Assembly (NCBI GenBank): GCA_963765205.1 | Contig: CAVXVB010000009.1 | Coordinates: 1,248,001-1,312,000 of the forward strand | Length of the DNA stretch: 64,000 bases | Origin: an uncultured Verrucomicrobiae bacterium | GTDB taxonomy: Bacteria; Verrucomicrobiota; Verrucomicrobiia; Opitutales; JABDGR01 | Reading direction: 5' to 3' | In this document: positions 20,538 to 29,951 of the stretch, piece by piece | Layout of the letters: each line of letters opens with the position of its first letter | How positions within the stretch are numbered: the stretch's first letter is position 1 | The notes under the pieces: model-generated | Databases searched by the model: none | What the model saw: only the letters and a program-made list of their open reading frames with translations | What the model was told of the DNA's origin: nothing | Program-made: the position numbers and the translations under genes

Positions 20538-21311
20538 ATGCGTCGCATCGCATTAATCACGGGCGGGAGCCGGGGCATCGGCTATGGTTGCGCGGAGCAC
20601 CTGGCGCGCGCGGACTTTGACCTGGCCATCAACGGGGTGCGCGAGGAAAAGGAGGCTGCTCCGGCGCTTAAGGCGTTGCGCAAGCTCGGCGCGAAGGTCG
20701 TGTATTGCCGGGGCGACATCAGCTTGGCCAAGGAACGCACTGCGATTATCGAACGCGTGCGCGAGAAATTCGGGCGGCTGCATGTGTTCGTCAGCAACGC
20801 GGGGGTTGCGCCGAAAGTGCGCGCAGACGTGCTCGAAACCTCCGAGGCAAGCTGGGATCATGTCGTCGGGGCGAATTTGAAGGGCGGCTTTTTTCTCACG
20901 CAGGCGGCGGCGAAATGGCTGGTCGAGCAGAAGCAGGCCGACCCCAAGGGTTTTCACGGGTGCATTATCATTGTCAGCTCGATTTCGGCGACAGTCGTCT
21001 CGACCAACCGCGGCGAGTATTGCGTGTCGAAGGCCGGGCTGGCGATGGTCGCGGCCCTGTTCGCGGCGCGGCTGGGCGAATACGATATTCCGGTTTATGA
21101 ACTGCGCCCGGGCGTCATCAAGACCGACATGACGGCGGGCGTGACGGCGAAGTATGACAAGCTGCTCGGCGAAGGCCTCGCGGTCACGCGCCGCTGGGGC
21201 ACGCCGGACGACGTGGGCCGCGCGGCCGCCGCGCTCGCCCACGGCGACTTCCCCTACTCGACTGGCGCGGTCATCATGGTAGATGGGGGCTTGGTGATGC
21301 CGCGGTTGTGA
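20538..21311 (+). CDS. SDR family oxidoreductase (3-ketoacyl-ACP reductase-like)
   Basis: TGGSRGIG, NAG, YCVSK, PGVIKTDM. Confidence 0.9.
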   Translation: MRRIALITGGSRGIGYGCAEHLARADFDLAINGVREEKEAAPALKALRKLGAKVVYCRGDISLAKERTAIIERVREKFGRLHVFVSNAGVAPKVRADVLETSEASWDHVVGANLKGGFFLTQAAAKWLVEQKQADPKGFHGCIIIVSSISATVVSTNRGEYCVSKAGLAMVAALFAARLGEYDIPVYELRPGVIKTDMTAGVTAKYDKLLGEGLAVTRRWGTPDDVGRAAAALAHGDFPYSTGAVIMVDGGLVMPRL

Positions 21312-21344
21312 GGCAATTTATGGCCATCGAATACAAACGCAAAG

Positions 21345-21405
21345 GTGGGGACGCCTCTCCGAGGCGTCCGCGGATCCCGCCAAGGCGGGAGAGAAACGTC
21401 CCTAC
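21345..21405. repeat. GTRG-type REP palindrome with degenerate inverted partner
   Basis: GTGG-GGACGCCTC-TCC-GAGGCGTCC ... CGTCCCTAC. Confidence 0.65.
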
Positions 21406-21529
21406 CGCAATTGAAGAAAGCTGGAAACAAGAGATTCGCCGTCGTCTTGCCGAAATTCAAAGTGGCCGGGACACGGGCATCCCGGGTGAAGTGGTTTCCG
21501 CCCGCATCCGCAAAATTGTCGGTCGGTGA
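21406..21529 (+). pseudogene. C-terminal remnant of an addiction-module (antitoxin) component
   Basis: IEESWKQEIRRRLAEIQSG..GIPGEVVSARIR; N-terminus replaced by the REP, no toxin gene follows. Confidence 0.6.
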
Positions 21530-21939
21530 GTCGAACATTATTTGTATTCTATACGAATTTGCTCTTTGCGAAAGTTAGCCAGTTTTTGATCCTGTTGGCG
21601 CGGGACCATCGTTCAGTTTTATGCCAGTGAGTGAGGATTCCAATAAGTTTTGCGGATTCAGGAGACCAAACGTTTTTATTTCTTGCTACATTTAGTATCC
21701 AAACGCCTCCACCACTCATTCCTGGAGCGTCAGGCAGATCAACAAATTTGCGGGTAACGGTTTGCTATTTTTATGCAGGTTCCACTTCCAATTGCATCAA
21801 TTGCATTTCCGTTATGTGAAATAATGCAAACCGAAGTTCGTTTAAGGTACAAACTGAACGCATCAGCACTTTGACTCAAAATTTCAAAAGCCTTTGGATG
21901 AATTTCACGCATCCTCAGTAAAAGACAAGAAAATGCTAA

Positions 21940-22821
21940 GAGCTTATCCGTAAATAAAAGTTGTTCGTCTGCAAACAATAAGCGCGCTGGCGAGACAGAG
22001 CAAGGCTTCGTGGGAGGCGGCGGTTTTCTCAAACCGCACGAGGAGTTTGCGGTAGCGGTTGAGCCAGGAAGCGGTGCGTTCCACCACCCAGCGACGGGCT
22101 TGGCCGGTGGATCGGCGCGGGGCTGGTTTGGCTCCGCGGGCAGGCACATGCGGACGGTAGCCGTATTGGCGCATGGTGCGCAGGCCCGGTTTCCCCCAGT
22201 AACCCTTGTCGGCACACAAATGGGCCGTGCGCCGGTCGTGGCGCTGGCGCAACGTGCGGCGCACCAGCGTCACGTCGTGTTCATTGGCCCCGGCGACGAT
22301 GAGCGACAGCGGGACGCCACGGGCGTCCACCAGCACGCTGCGCTTGCTCCCATTTTTTTCCCCGGTCGGTGGGGTTGGCTCCCACCGCTTCGCGCGCCAG
22401 AGGGGCCTTGACCAGGGAGCCATCGATGCTTTGCCACCGCCACGCGATGCCCTCCAATTCATCGTAGTCGGCCAGACCGGCCCGCCACAACGCCTCGAAG
22501 AATCCGGCGGCGTGCCACTGCTGAAAGTATTTGTGCACGGAACTGGCGCTGCCATACCGGGCCTTGGACAGCGCTTTCCACTGGCAACCCGTGCGCAGCA
22601 CGTAAACCACCGCCTCGAAGATGCGTCGAGGCGCGAGGGCCTTGCGGCCCGCGCCTGCGGCGCGACGGTAGCGCCCGCCCGCCTTCCGGCCGGCGCGCGC
22701 GGGAACCAAAGGCTCGACTTTGGCCCAGAATTCATCAGAGATTTCCCAGGAGGATAGTCGCGGCATCCCCGCAGTTTATCCCGCCGCCTTCTCAACGCAA
22801 TCCTTATTTACGGATAAGCTC
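21940..22821 (-). mobile_element. IS5-family insertion sequence, copy 1 (882 bp)
   Basis: 18-bp terminal IRs GAGCTTATCCGTAAATAA, TAA direct repeats at 21937-21939 and 22822-22824. Confidence 0.95.
21944..22766 (-). CDS. IS5-family DDE transposase in two overlapping frames (probable programmed -1 frameshift)
   Basis: orfA ISDEFWAKVEPL..YVLRTGCQW..IDGSLVKAP; orfB GSKRSVLVDARG..ADKGY..RWVVERTASWL; GGGGAAAAAAA at the overlap (~22352-22362). Confidence 0.9.
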
Positions 22822-22946
22822 TAAGTGTAGCAACCTAAAAGCAGCTTGGTATTGGAAGAATGGTTGCTGAAAATCCATTTATTTCATATAAATCTTTCCC
22901 TTGCCGAGGGCGGATTATTGTTTCAACATAAGCGCTCTTTCACCCC

Positions 22947-23780
22947 ATGGAAATCATCCGCACGCACAGCCCCGAGGGTTTTAAGCAACTGGACACCGCC
23001 GCGCTGCGGCGCGACTTTCTTGTCGCCGGGCTGTTTGCGCCCGGCAAAATCGGGATGCGTTATTGGGAGGTGGACCGCACGATCATCGGGGGCGCCGCGC
23101 CGCTGGCCGAGGCGCTGGAATTGACAGCGACCAAGGAACTGCTGGCGGCGAATTATTTTTGCGAGCGGCGCGAGGTGGGCATCGTCAACCTCGGCGGGCC
23201 GGGCACAGTCGAGACCGACGGCACCGGTCATTTGTTGAACAAGCTTGATGCGCTCTACGTGGGCCGAGGCACGAAAGCCGTGAAGTTTTTCTCGAAGGAT
23301 GCCGCGAAGCCCGCGCAGTTTTACTTCGTAAGCTACCCGGCGCACGCGGCGCACCCGACCAAGCGCGTGCGCAAGGCCCAGGCCCAGGTGCTCGAACTCG
23401 GCGCGCCAGAGACGGCGAACCGCCGCAAGCTTTGCAAGTTAATCGTGCCGGGTTTGGTGGACACCTGCCAGTTGGTGCTGGGCGTGACGCTGCTGGAAAA
23501 GGGCAGCGTGTGGAACACGATGCCGTGCCACACGCACGAGCGCCGCTCGGAAGTCTATTTATATTTTGACGTGCCGCCGAAGGCGTTCGTCACGCACTAC
23601 CTGGGCCGGCCCCAGGAAACGCGCCATTTGATTGTGCGCGACCGCGAGGCGGCGCTGTCGCCGAGCTGGTCCATCCACTCCGGCTCGGGCACCTGCGCCT
23701 ACGGGTTCGTATGGTGCATGGGCGGGGAAAACCAGGAATTCACCGACATGGACGGCGTGGCGATGGAGGACTTGCGATGA
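22947..23780 (+). CDS. kduI: 5-dehydro-4-deoxy-D-glucuronate isomerase
   Basis: YFCERREVG, WNTMPCHTHERRSEVYLYF, SPSWSIHSG, MGGENQ. Confidence 0.96.
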   Translation: MEIIRTHSPEGFKQLDTAALRRDFLVAGLFAPGKIGMRYWEVDRTIIGGAAPLAEALELTATKELLAANYFCERREVGIVNLGGPGTVETDGTGHLLNKLDALYVGRGTKAVKFFSKDAAKPAQFYFVSYPAHAAHPTKRVRKAQAQVLELGAPETANRRKLCKLIVPGLVDTCQLVLGVTLLEKGSVWNTMPCHTHERRSEVYLYFDVPPKAFVTHYLGRPQETRHLIVRDREAALSPSWSIHSGSGTCAYGFVWCMGGENQEFTDMDGVAMEDLR

Positions 23781-24553
23781 ACGACATGCGCAAAGTTTTG
23801 GACACGTTCCGGCTCGACGGGCGGGTGGCGATTGTCACCGGCGCCTCGCGTGGGCTGGGCGCGGCGATGGCGAGCGCGCTGGCCGAGGCGGGCGCGAAGA
23901 TTGCGCTCGCGGCGCGCGGCGAGATGAAAGGCGTGGCCGCCGGCATCCGCGCGCGCGGCGGCGTGGGCGAAGAATTCCCCACCGACCTGGCCGACCGGGC
24001 TGCGCCGAAAAAATTGCTGGACGCCGTGGAGCAGCATTTCGGGGGCGCGGACATTCTGGTCAACAACGCCGGCATCATCCGCCGCGCGAATTTTATCGAG
24101 TATACCGACGAGGACTGGGACGCGGTCATGGACGTGAACATCCGCGCGGCGTTTGTTTTGAGCCGCGAATTTGCGAAGCGGCTGGCCGCGCGCAAAGCGC
24201 CGGGGCGCATCATCAACATCGCCTCGATGTTGTCATTCCAGGGCGGCATCCGGGTGGCGGCCTACACGGCGGCCAAGAGCGCACTGGCGGGGCTGACCAA
24301 GGCGATGGCGAACGAACTCGCGCCGCTGGGCATCTGCGTCAACGCCATCGCGCCGGGTTACATGGCCACGGACAACACGACGGCGCTGCGGGCCGATCCC
24401 GTGCGCAACAAATCCATCCTCGAACGCATCCCGGCCGGGCGCTGGGGCGAACCGACGGACCTCAATGGCGCGGTGGTTTTCCTCGCGTCGGACGCGGCGG
24501 CGTATGTCCACGGCATCACGCTGCCGGTGGATGGCGGCTGGCTGGCGCGTTGA
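23777..24553 (+). CDS. kduD: 2-dehydro-3-deoxy-D-gluconate 5-dehydrogenase
   Basis: NNAGIIRR, ASMLSFQGGIRV..YTAAK, NAIAPGYMATDNT, VDGGWLAR; ATGA overlap with kduI. Confidence 0.93.
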   Translation: MNDMRKVLDTFRLDGRVAIVTGASRGLGAAMASALAEAGAKIALAARGEMKGVAAGIRARGGVGEEFPTDLADRAAPKKLLDAVEQHFGGADILVNNAGIIRRANFIEYTDEDWDAVMDVNIRAAFVLSREFAKRLAARKAPGRIINIASMLSFQGGIRVAAYTAAKSALAGLTKAMANELAPLGICVNAIAPGYMATDNTTALRADPVRNKSILERIPAGRWGEPTDLNGAVVFLASDAAAYVHGITLPVDGGWLAR

Positions 24554-24601
24554 AGCGGCGCGATATTTTGCCGGCGAATTTTTGTCAACCCACCCCACCC
24601 C

Positions 24602-27121
24602 ATGAAATTGAGTGTGACGCGGATTTGCGCCGCCGGTGGAGCGGCGCTGGCGATGTTATTGCTGGCGTCCCTTTCCGCGCGCGCGGCGGAGGCCGCTCCC
24701 GCCGCGATTGCAGCCGCGCCCACTCCGGCAAAATTCAGCGGCGCGACGGCGGTGGAATGGTCCGCGCGCATGGCGGATTCGGAAGTGAAGCGGCAGGGCG
24801 GTGCGGCCAAGCCGAAATGGGACTACACCGACGCGTTGTTCGCGACCTCCCTCCTGCAACTGGGCGACGCGACGAACAAACCGGCTTACGGCGATTATGC
24901 GGCAGCATTGATTGGCGGATGTGTGGCCGCGGACGGAACGATTGCGGGTTACAAGGCGGGCAATCATACGCTGGATGACATCGCGCCTGCGCGCGTCCTT
25001 TTGGCGCTCGACCAGCGCAAGCAAGATCCGCGCTATGAACAGGCGGTGAAACTGGTTCGCGCGCAATTCAACGAGCAACCGCGCACGAGCGACGGCGGTT
25101 TTTGGCACAAGCAAATTTACGCCAACCAAATGTGGCTGGACGGCCTATATATGGGCGAGCCGTTCTACGCCGGCTATGCCCAGGCGTTCCACGAACCGGC
25201 GGATTTCGACGACATCACGAAGCAAATTCTTTTGGCGGACCAGCACACCTATGACGCGAAGACGGGCCTCTTTTACCACGGCTGGGAAGACACCCGGCTG
25301 CAAAGCTGGGCGGACCAGGCGACCGGCCACTCGCCGAGTTTTTGGGGCCGCGCGGTCGGCTGGTATGCGATGGCCATCGTGGACGTGCTGGATGATTTGC
25401 CTGCCGACCACCCGAACCGCGCCAAGGTGATTGGTGTGTTGCAACGGCTGGCCGACGGCGTCACGCGCTGCCAGGACGCGAAATCAGGCTTGTGGTGGCA
25501 GGTTTTGGACCGGGGTGGGCGCGAGGGAAACTATCTCGAAGCGTCGGCCTCGAGCATGTTTGTTTACGCACTGGCGAAAGGCGTGAACAAGGGCTATTTG
25601 CCCGCGGAAAAATATGCCCCCGTCATTACGCGCGGGTTTCAAGGCCTGTTGGATTATTTAGTCAAGATCAACGCGGACGGGACGGTCAGCTTGACGAATG
25701 TTTGCGTCACGGCCGGCCTCGGCAGTTCCGGCGGCACGAGCACGTATCGCGACGGCACCTATGATTATTACGTCAACCACACGCAGAAGGCCGATAACGA
25801 TTTGAAAGGCGTGGGCGCTTTTATTCTCGCCGGAATCGAAATGTCGCGGCTCGGCGCGCCAGCGGTGGCAGCCGACCTCACCCCTGAACAGGTTGCCAAA
25901 ATGGGCTGGGACGCGCTGCCGGTGATTTTGAAGCACATTAATGCACCGGTGTTTCCCGATAAAAATTTTCCCATAACGGATTATGGCGCGAAGGCCGATG
26001 GCAGGACGGATTGCACCGATGCCATTCGCCAAGCCATTGAGGCGTGCAACAAAGCCGGCGGCGGGCACGTCCTCGTCCCGAATGGCACATTTTTGACGGG
26101 CGGCATCCGGCTGTTGAGCAACGTGGATTTGCATTTGGCGGATAACGCGACGCTACAGTTCGTGGTGGATTTGAGTGAATATCCGAAGGTGCTGGTGCGG
26201 CACGAAGGCGTCGAGCACACGGATGTGGCGCCGCCGATTTACGCCTTCGAGCAGGAAAACATCGGCGTCACCGGCAAGGGCACCATTGACGGCGGCGGCG
26301 AGAACAACTGGGTGGCGCAGGTCGGCTCGAATTCGCGCCCGAATTTTGTGGTGCCGTTCCGCTGCAAAAACGTGCTGATCGAGGGCCTGACGGTGCATAA
26401 CTCACCGATGTGGGAAATTAATCCGGTGTATTGCACCAACGTCATCGTGCGCGGGTTGAACATTGACAGCCACCAGGCCAACAACGACGGGTGCGACCCG
26501 GACTCGTGCCGTTACGTCCTGATTGACAACTGCACCTTCGACACAGGTGACGACTGCATCGCCATCAAATGCGGCAAGGACGACGACGGCCGCCGCGTGA
26601 ATCTCCCGACGGAATTTGTCATTGTGCGCAACAGCACGATGAAGGCCGGGCACGGCGGAGTCACGCTGGGCAGCGAATGCACGCCCGCCATTCGCAACGT
26701 TTTTGTCGAAGACTGCAAAATGAGCAGCCCGCAACTCAACGCCTTTTTCCGTTTTAAGAACAGCCCGTCGCGCGGGGGCATCATCGAGAATGCGTATATG
26801 CGCAATGTGGACGTGGGCAGCGTGGCCAAGGGGAATTCCAACGCAGGCATCCTGATTCAATACAATTACCAGTCCTCGCAGGGGAATTACATTCCCATTT
26901 TGCGCAACGTGAATATCACCCATGTCACCGGGGCCAATATCCCGAAGCTGGTGCTGCTGCAAGCGGGCGCCACGGCCATCATCGAAAACATCCAGGTCAA
27001 GGATTGCACCTTCACCGGGCCGAATCCGGCCGAGCTGGAGCAGAACCCGGGCCAGATTACTTTTACCAACGTCACCATCACGGCGCCGGCTGACGCCGCT
27101 CCGCCGCCAGCGACGCCTTGA
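24602..27121 (+). CDS. Secreted GH105 (unsaturated rhamnogalacturonyl hydrolase) - GH28 (polygalacturonase-type) fusion
   Basis: Signal peptide; KWDY, HK..Y.NQMWLDGLYM, FWGRAVGW, YLEASASSM (GH105); NNDGCD, GDDCIAIK, GHGG, RFK (GH28). Confidence 0.9.
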   Translation: MKLSVTRICAAGGAALAMLLLASLSARAAEAAPAAIAAAPTPAKFSGATAVEWSARMADSEVKRQGGAAKPKWDYTDALFATSLLQLGDATNKPAYGDYAAALIGGCVAADGTIAGYKAGNHTLDDIAPARVLLALDQRKQDPRYEQAVKLVRAQFNEQPRTSDGGFWHKQIYANQMWLDGLYMGEPFYAGYAQAFHEPADFDDITKQILLADQHTYDAKTGLFYHGWEDTRLQSWADQATGHSPSFWGRAVGWYAMAIVDVLDDLPADHPNRAKVIGVLQRLADGVTRCQDAKSGLWWQVLDRGGREGNYLEASASSMFVYALAKGVNKGYLPAEKYAPVITRGFQGLLDYLVKINADGTVSLTNVCVTAGLGSSGGTSTYRDGTYDYYVNHTQKADNDLKGVGAFILAGIEMSRLGAPAVAADLTPEQVAKMGWDALPVILKHINAPVFPDKNFPITDYGAKADGRTDCTDAIRQAIEACNKAGGGHVLVPNGTFLTGGIRLLSNVDLHLADNATLQFVVDLSEYPKVLVRHEGVEHTDVAPPIYAFEQENIGVTGKGTIDGGGENNWVAQVGSNSRPNFVVPFRCKNVLIEGLTVHNSPMWEINPVYCTNVIVRGLNIDSHQANNDGCDPDSCRYVLIDNCTFDTGDDCIAIKCGKDDDGRRVNLPTEFVIVRNSTMKAGHGGVTLGSECTPAIRNVFVEDCKMSSPQLNAFFRFKNSPSRGGIIENAYMRNVDVGSVAKGNSNAGILIQYNYQSSQGNYIPILRNVNITHVTGANIPKLVLLQAGATAIIENIQVKDCTFTGPNPAELEQNPGQITFTNVTITAPADAAPPPATP

Positions 27122-27144
27122 CCTCCCATCCGGCGCGATTTTTT

Positions 27145-28615
27145 ATGCGTATGTTTTTTGGGCCTGAACGGCGAATCGCGCGGCTCCTCGCCGTCTTGCT
27201 GATTGGCGCGCCGGCGGCGGGCTGCGCCACTTCTTTCGCGCCCACCGGTTGGGACGCGGAACCGGCGATCCTTGCACGCATTCATGCGCCGGAGTTTCCG
27301 GAGCGGGATTTCCCGATCACGGATTTCGGCGCGAGGGCGGACGCCGCAACCGTTGACACGGACGCAATTCGCCAAGCCATCGCGGCCTGCCACGCGGTGG
27401 GTGGCGGGCGCGTCGTGGTGCCGGCGGGCGTGTTTCTCACGGGCGCGATTCATTTGCTCAGCAATGTCAACCTGCATCTAGAAGCTGGCGCGACACTCAA
27501 GTTCAGCGCCGACCCGGCGCGCTACCTGCCAGTGGTCTTCACGCGCTTTGAAGGAATCGAATGCCTGAATTATTCGCCGCTCATTTACGCTTTCGAGCAG
27601 GAGAACATCGCCGTCACCGGGGCGGGAGTACTCGACGGCTCGGCCGGGCCGGGCCAATGGTGGAACTGGCTGCGTGGGCCGGACGGGCAGAATTTGCCCG
27701 ATGCACCGCAAAACGCCGACTCGCGCCAACTCAACGCGCTGAGCGACCAGGGCGTGCCGCCCGCGCAACGCGTATTCGGGGCGGGGCATTTTTTGCGCCC
27801 GAATTTCATCCAGCCCTACCGTTGCCAAAACGTCCTCATCGAAGGGGTGACGATCCGCAATTCACCCATGTGGGAAATGAACCCGGTGCTGTGCACCAAC
27901 GTCATTGTGCGCGGCGTCAATGTGGATTGCCCCGCCGGCCCCAACAACGACGGCTGCGACCCGGAATGCAGCAAGGACGTATTGATCGAGGACTGCACCT
28001 TCCAGACCGGCGATGACTGCATCGCCATCAAATCGGGCCGCAACGATGATGGCCGCCGGGTCGGGGTGGCGGCGGAGGACATTATCGTGCGCCGCTGCAC
28101 GATGAAGAACGGGCATGGCGGCGTGGTCACCGGCAGCGAAATTGCCGGCGGCTGCCGCAATGTCTACCTCGAGGACTGCCGGATGGACAGCCCGAACTTG
28201 GAACGGGCACTGCGCTTCAAGAGCAACGCCGTGCGCGGTGGGATCATCGAAAATATTTTGGTGCGAAATCTTACCATCGGCCAGGTCAAAGAGGCGGTGG
28301 TGACGGTGGATTTTCTCTATGAGAAAGGCGCGCAAGGCCCGTATCGGCCGGTGCTGCGCAATGTGGAACTGCGGAACGTGACCTGCGCGTCCGCGCCGCG
28401 CGTTTTGCATGTGTTGGGCTTTCCCCGCGCGCAGATTGACGGGATTCAATTGTGTGGATTGCGCTTTCCAGGGGCTGACTGCGCCCGAGCTGGTTCTTGA
28501 CGCCGGGGCGATAACGTTTCAAAACACTCGTTTGGAGCCGAAGGAAATACCCCCGAGCCTGAGCACGCGACCCCATCCCACCATCCCTACCCCACCCCTC
28601 ACCCCCACCCCATGA
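27145..28615 (+). CDS. GH28 glycoside hydrolase, apparent frameshift near 28450
   Basis: NNDGCDPE, GDDCIAIKSG, GHGGVVTGSE, RFKSN; the alternative-frame tail VDCAFQGL.. ends in an ATGA overlap with the MFS start; start codon uncertain. Confidence 0.85.
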
Positions 28616-29928
28616 ATTCCACCCCCGTTGATACCCGTCCGGCCACCCGTTACCGCTGGATCATTTGCCTGCTGCTATTCTGGGTCACCACCGCCAATTA
28701 CATTGACCGCAGTGTTTTTGGCAATCTGGCGCCCGAGTTGCAAAAACACTTCGGCTGGTCGGACGGCACCTATTGGTATATGACCATGTGCTTCAGCGCG
28801 GCCTATGCGGTGAGCTTGCTGGTGATGGGCCGCGTAATTGACGTGATCGGCTTGCGCTGGGGCTTTGTGCTCGCCTGTGCGTTTTGGGGCCTCGCCTCGA
28901 TGAGCCACGCCTTGGTCACGAGCATCGCCGGATTTTTTCTGGTGCGCGTGTTGCTCGGGCTGGGCGAGGGCGGCAACTTTCCCGCCGCCATCAAGACCGT
29001 GGCGGAATGGTTTCCGAAAAACGAACGCGCCTTGGCCACCGGCTTGTTCAATTCCGGCTCCAACATTGGCGGAATTTTTGTGCCCATTGCGCTAACCGCG
29101 CTGATTCCGGTGCTCAACGGCCTCACCATCGCCGGCCATGTGGTGGGCTGGCGCGGCGCGTTTCTGGCCACCGGGATGATTGACCTGCTCTGGATCGTGG
29201 CCTGGCTGGCCTTTTACCGCAAGCCGGCGGAGCATCCAAGCGTGTCGCCGGCGGAACTGGCCCTGATTAACAGCGAGCCACCCGAGGCGACCGTCAAAGT
29301 TCCGTGGCGTCGGCTGTTCCAATATCGCCAAGCCTGGGCCTTTGTCGTCGGCAAAACCATGACGGACTGTTTCTGGTGGTTTTATCTCTTCGGGTCGCCC
29401 TCTTTCTTTCACGACCGCTTCGGCCTCGACCTCAAGGGCCGCACGGGGCCGGTGGCCACGATTTATGTGCTGGCGTCGGTCGGCAGCATTGCCGGCGGCT
29501 GGCTGTCGGGACATTTCATGAAGAAAGGGTGGACGACGAACAAGGCGCGCAAAATTACGATGCTGATTTGCGCGGCGCTGGTGCTGCCGGTGGTGTTTGC
29601 CACGGTTTCAGACAACCAGTGGATCGCGGTGGCGTTGATGGCAGTGGCGGCGTCCGCGCACCAGGCCTGGTCGGCCAATCTTTTCAGCCTTTCGTCCGAT
29701 ATGTTTCCACGCCGGATGGTGGGCTCCGTCACTGGTTTGGGCGGGATGGCCGGCTCGCTCGGCGGCATGGTGCTCTTTGCGCTGACCGGCTTCATTAAGA
29801 ACCGGGGTTACAGCTATGTCCCGATATTCATCGCGGCGGGCGGAGCCTATCTGTTGGCGTTGTTGTTCATCCACCTGCTCGTGCCGCGGCTCGAGCCGGC
29901 GAAGGTGGACGAAGTGCCCACCGCCTGA
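28612..29928 (+). CDS. MFS hexuronate transporter (ExuT-like)
   Basis: RYRWII, NYIDR, GEGGNFPAAIKTVAEWFP..ERALATGLFNSG, AHQAWSAN. Confidence 0.9.
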   Translation: MNSTPVDTRPATRYRWIICLLLFWVTTANYIDRSVFGNLAPELQKHFGWSDGTYWYMTMCFSAAYAVSLLVMGRVIDVIGLRWGFVLACAFWGLASMSHALVTSIAGFFLVRVLLGLGEGGNFPAAIKTVAEWFPKNERALATGLFNSGSNIGGIFVPIALTALIPVLNGLTIAGHVVGWRGAFLATGMIDLLWIVAWLAFYRKPAEHPSVSPAELALINSEPPEATVKVPWRRLFQYRQAWAFVVGKTMTDCFWWFYLFGSPSFFHDRFGLDLKGRTGPVATIYVLASVGSIAGGWLSGHFMKKGWTTNKARKITMLICAALVLPVVFATVSDNQWIAVALMAVAASAHQAWSANLFSLSSDMFPRRMVGSVTGLGGMAGSLGGMVLFALTGFIKNRGYSYVPIFIAAGGAYLLALLFIHLLVPRLEPAKVDEVPTA

Positions 29929-29951
29929 TTTTTGTCCGGAATTTTTGCGCC

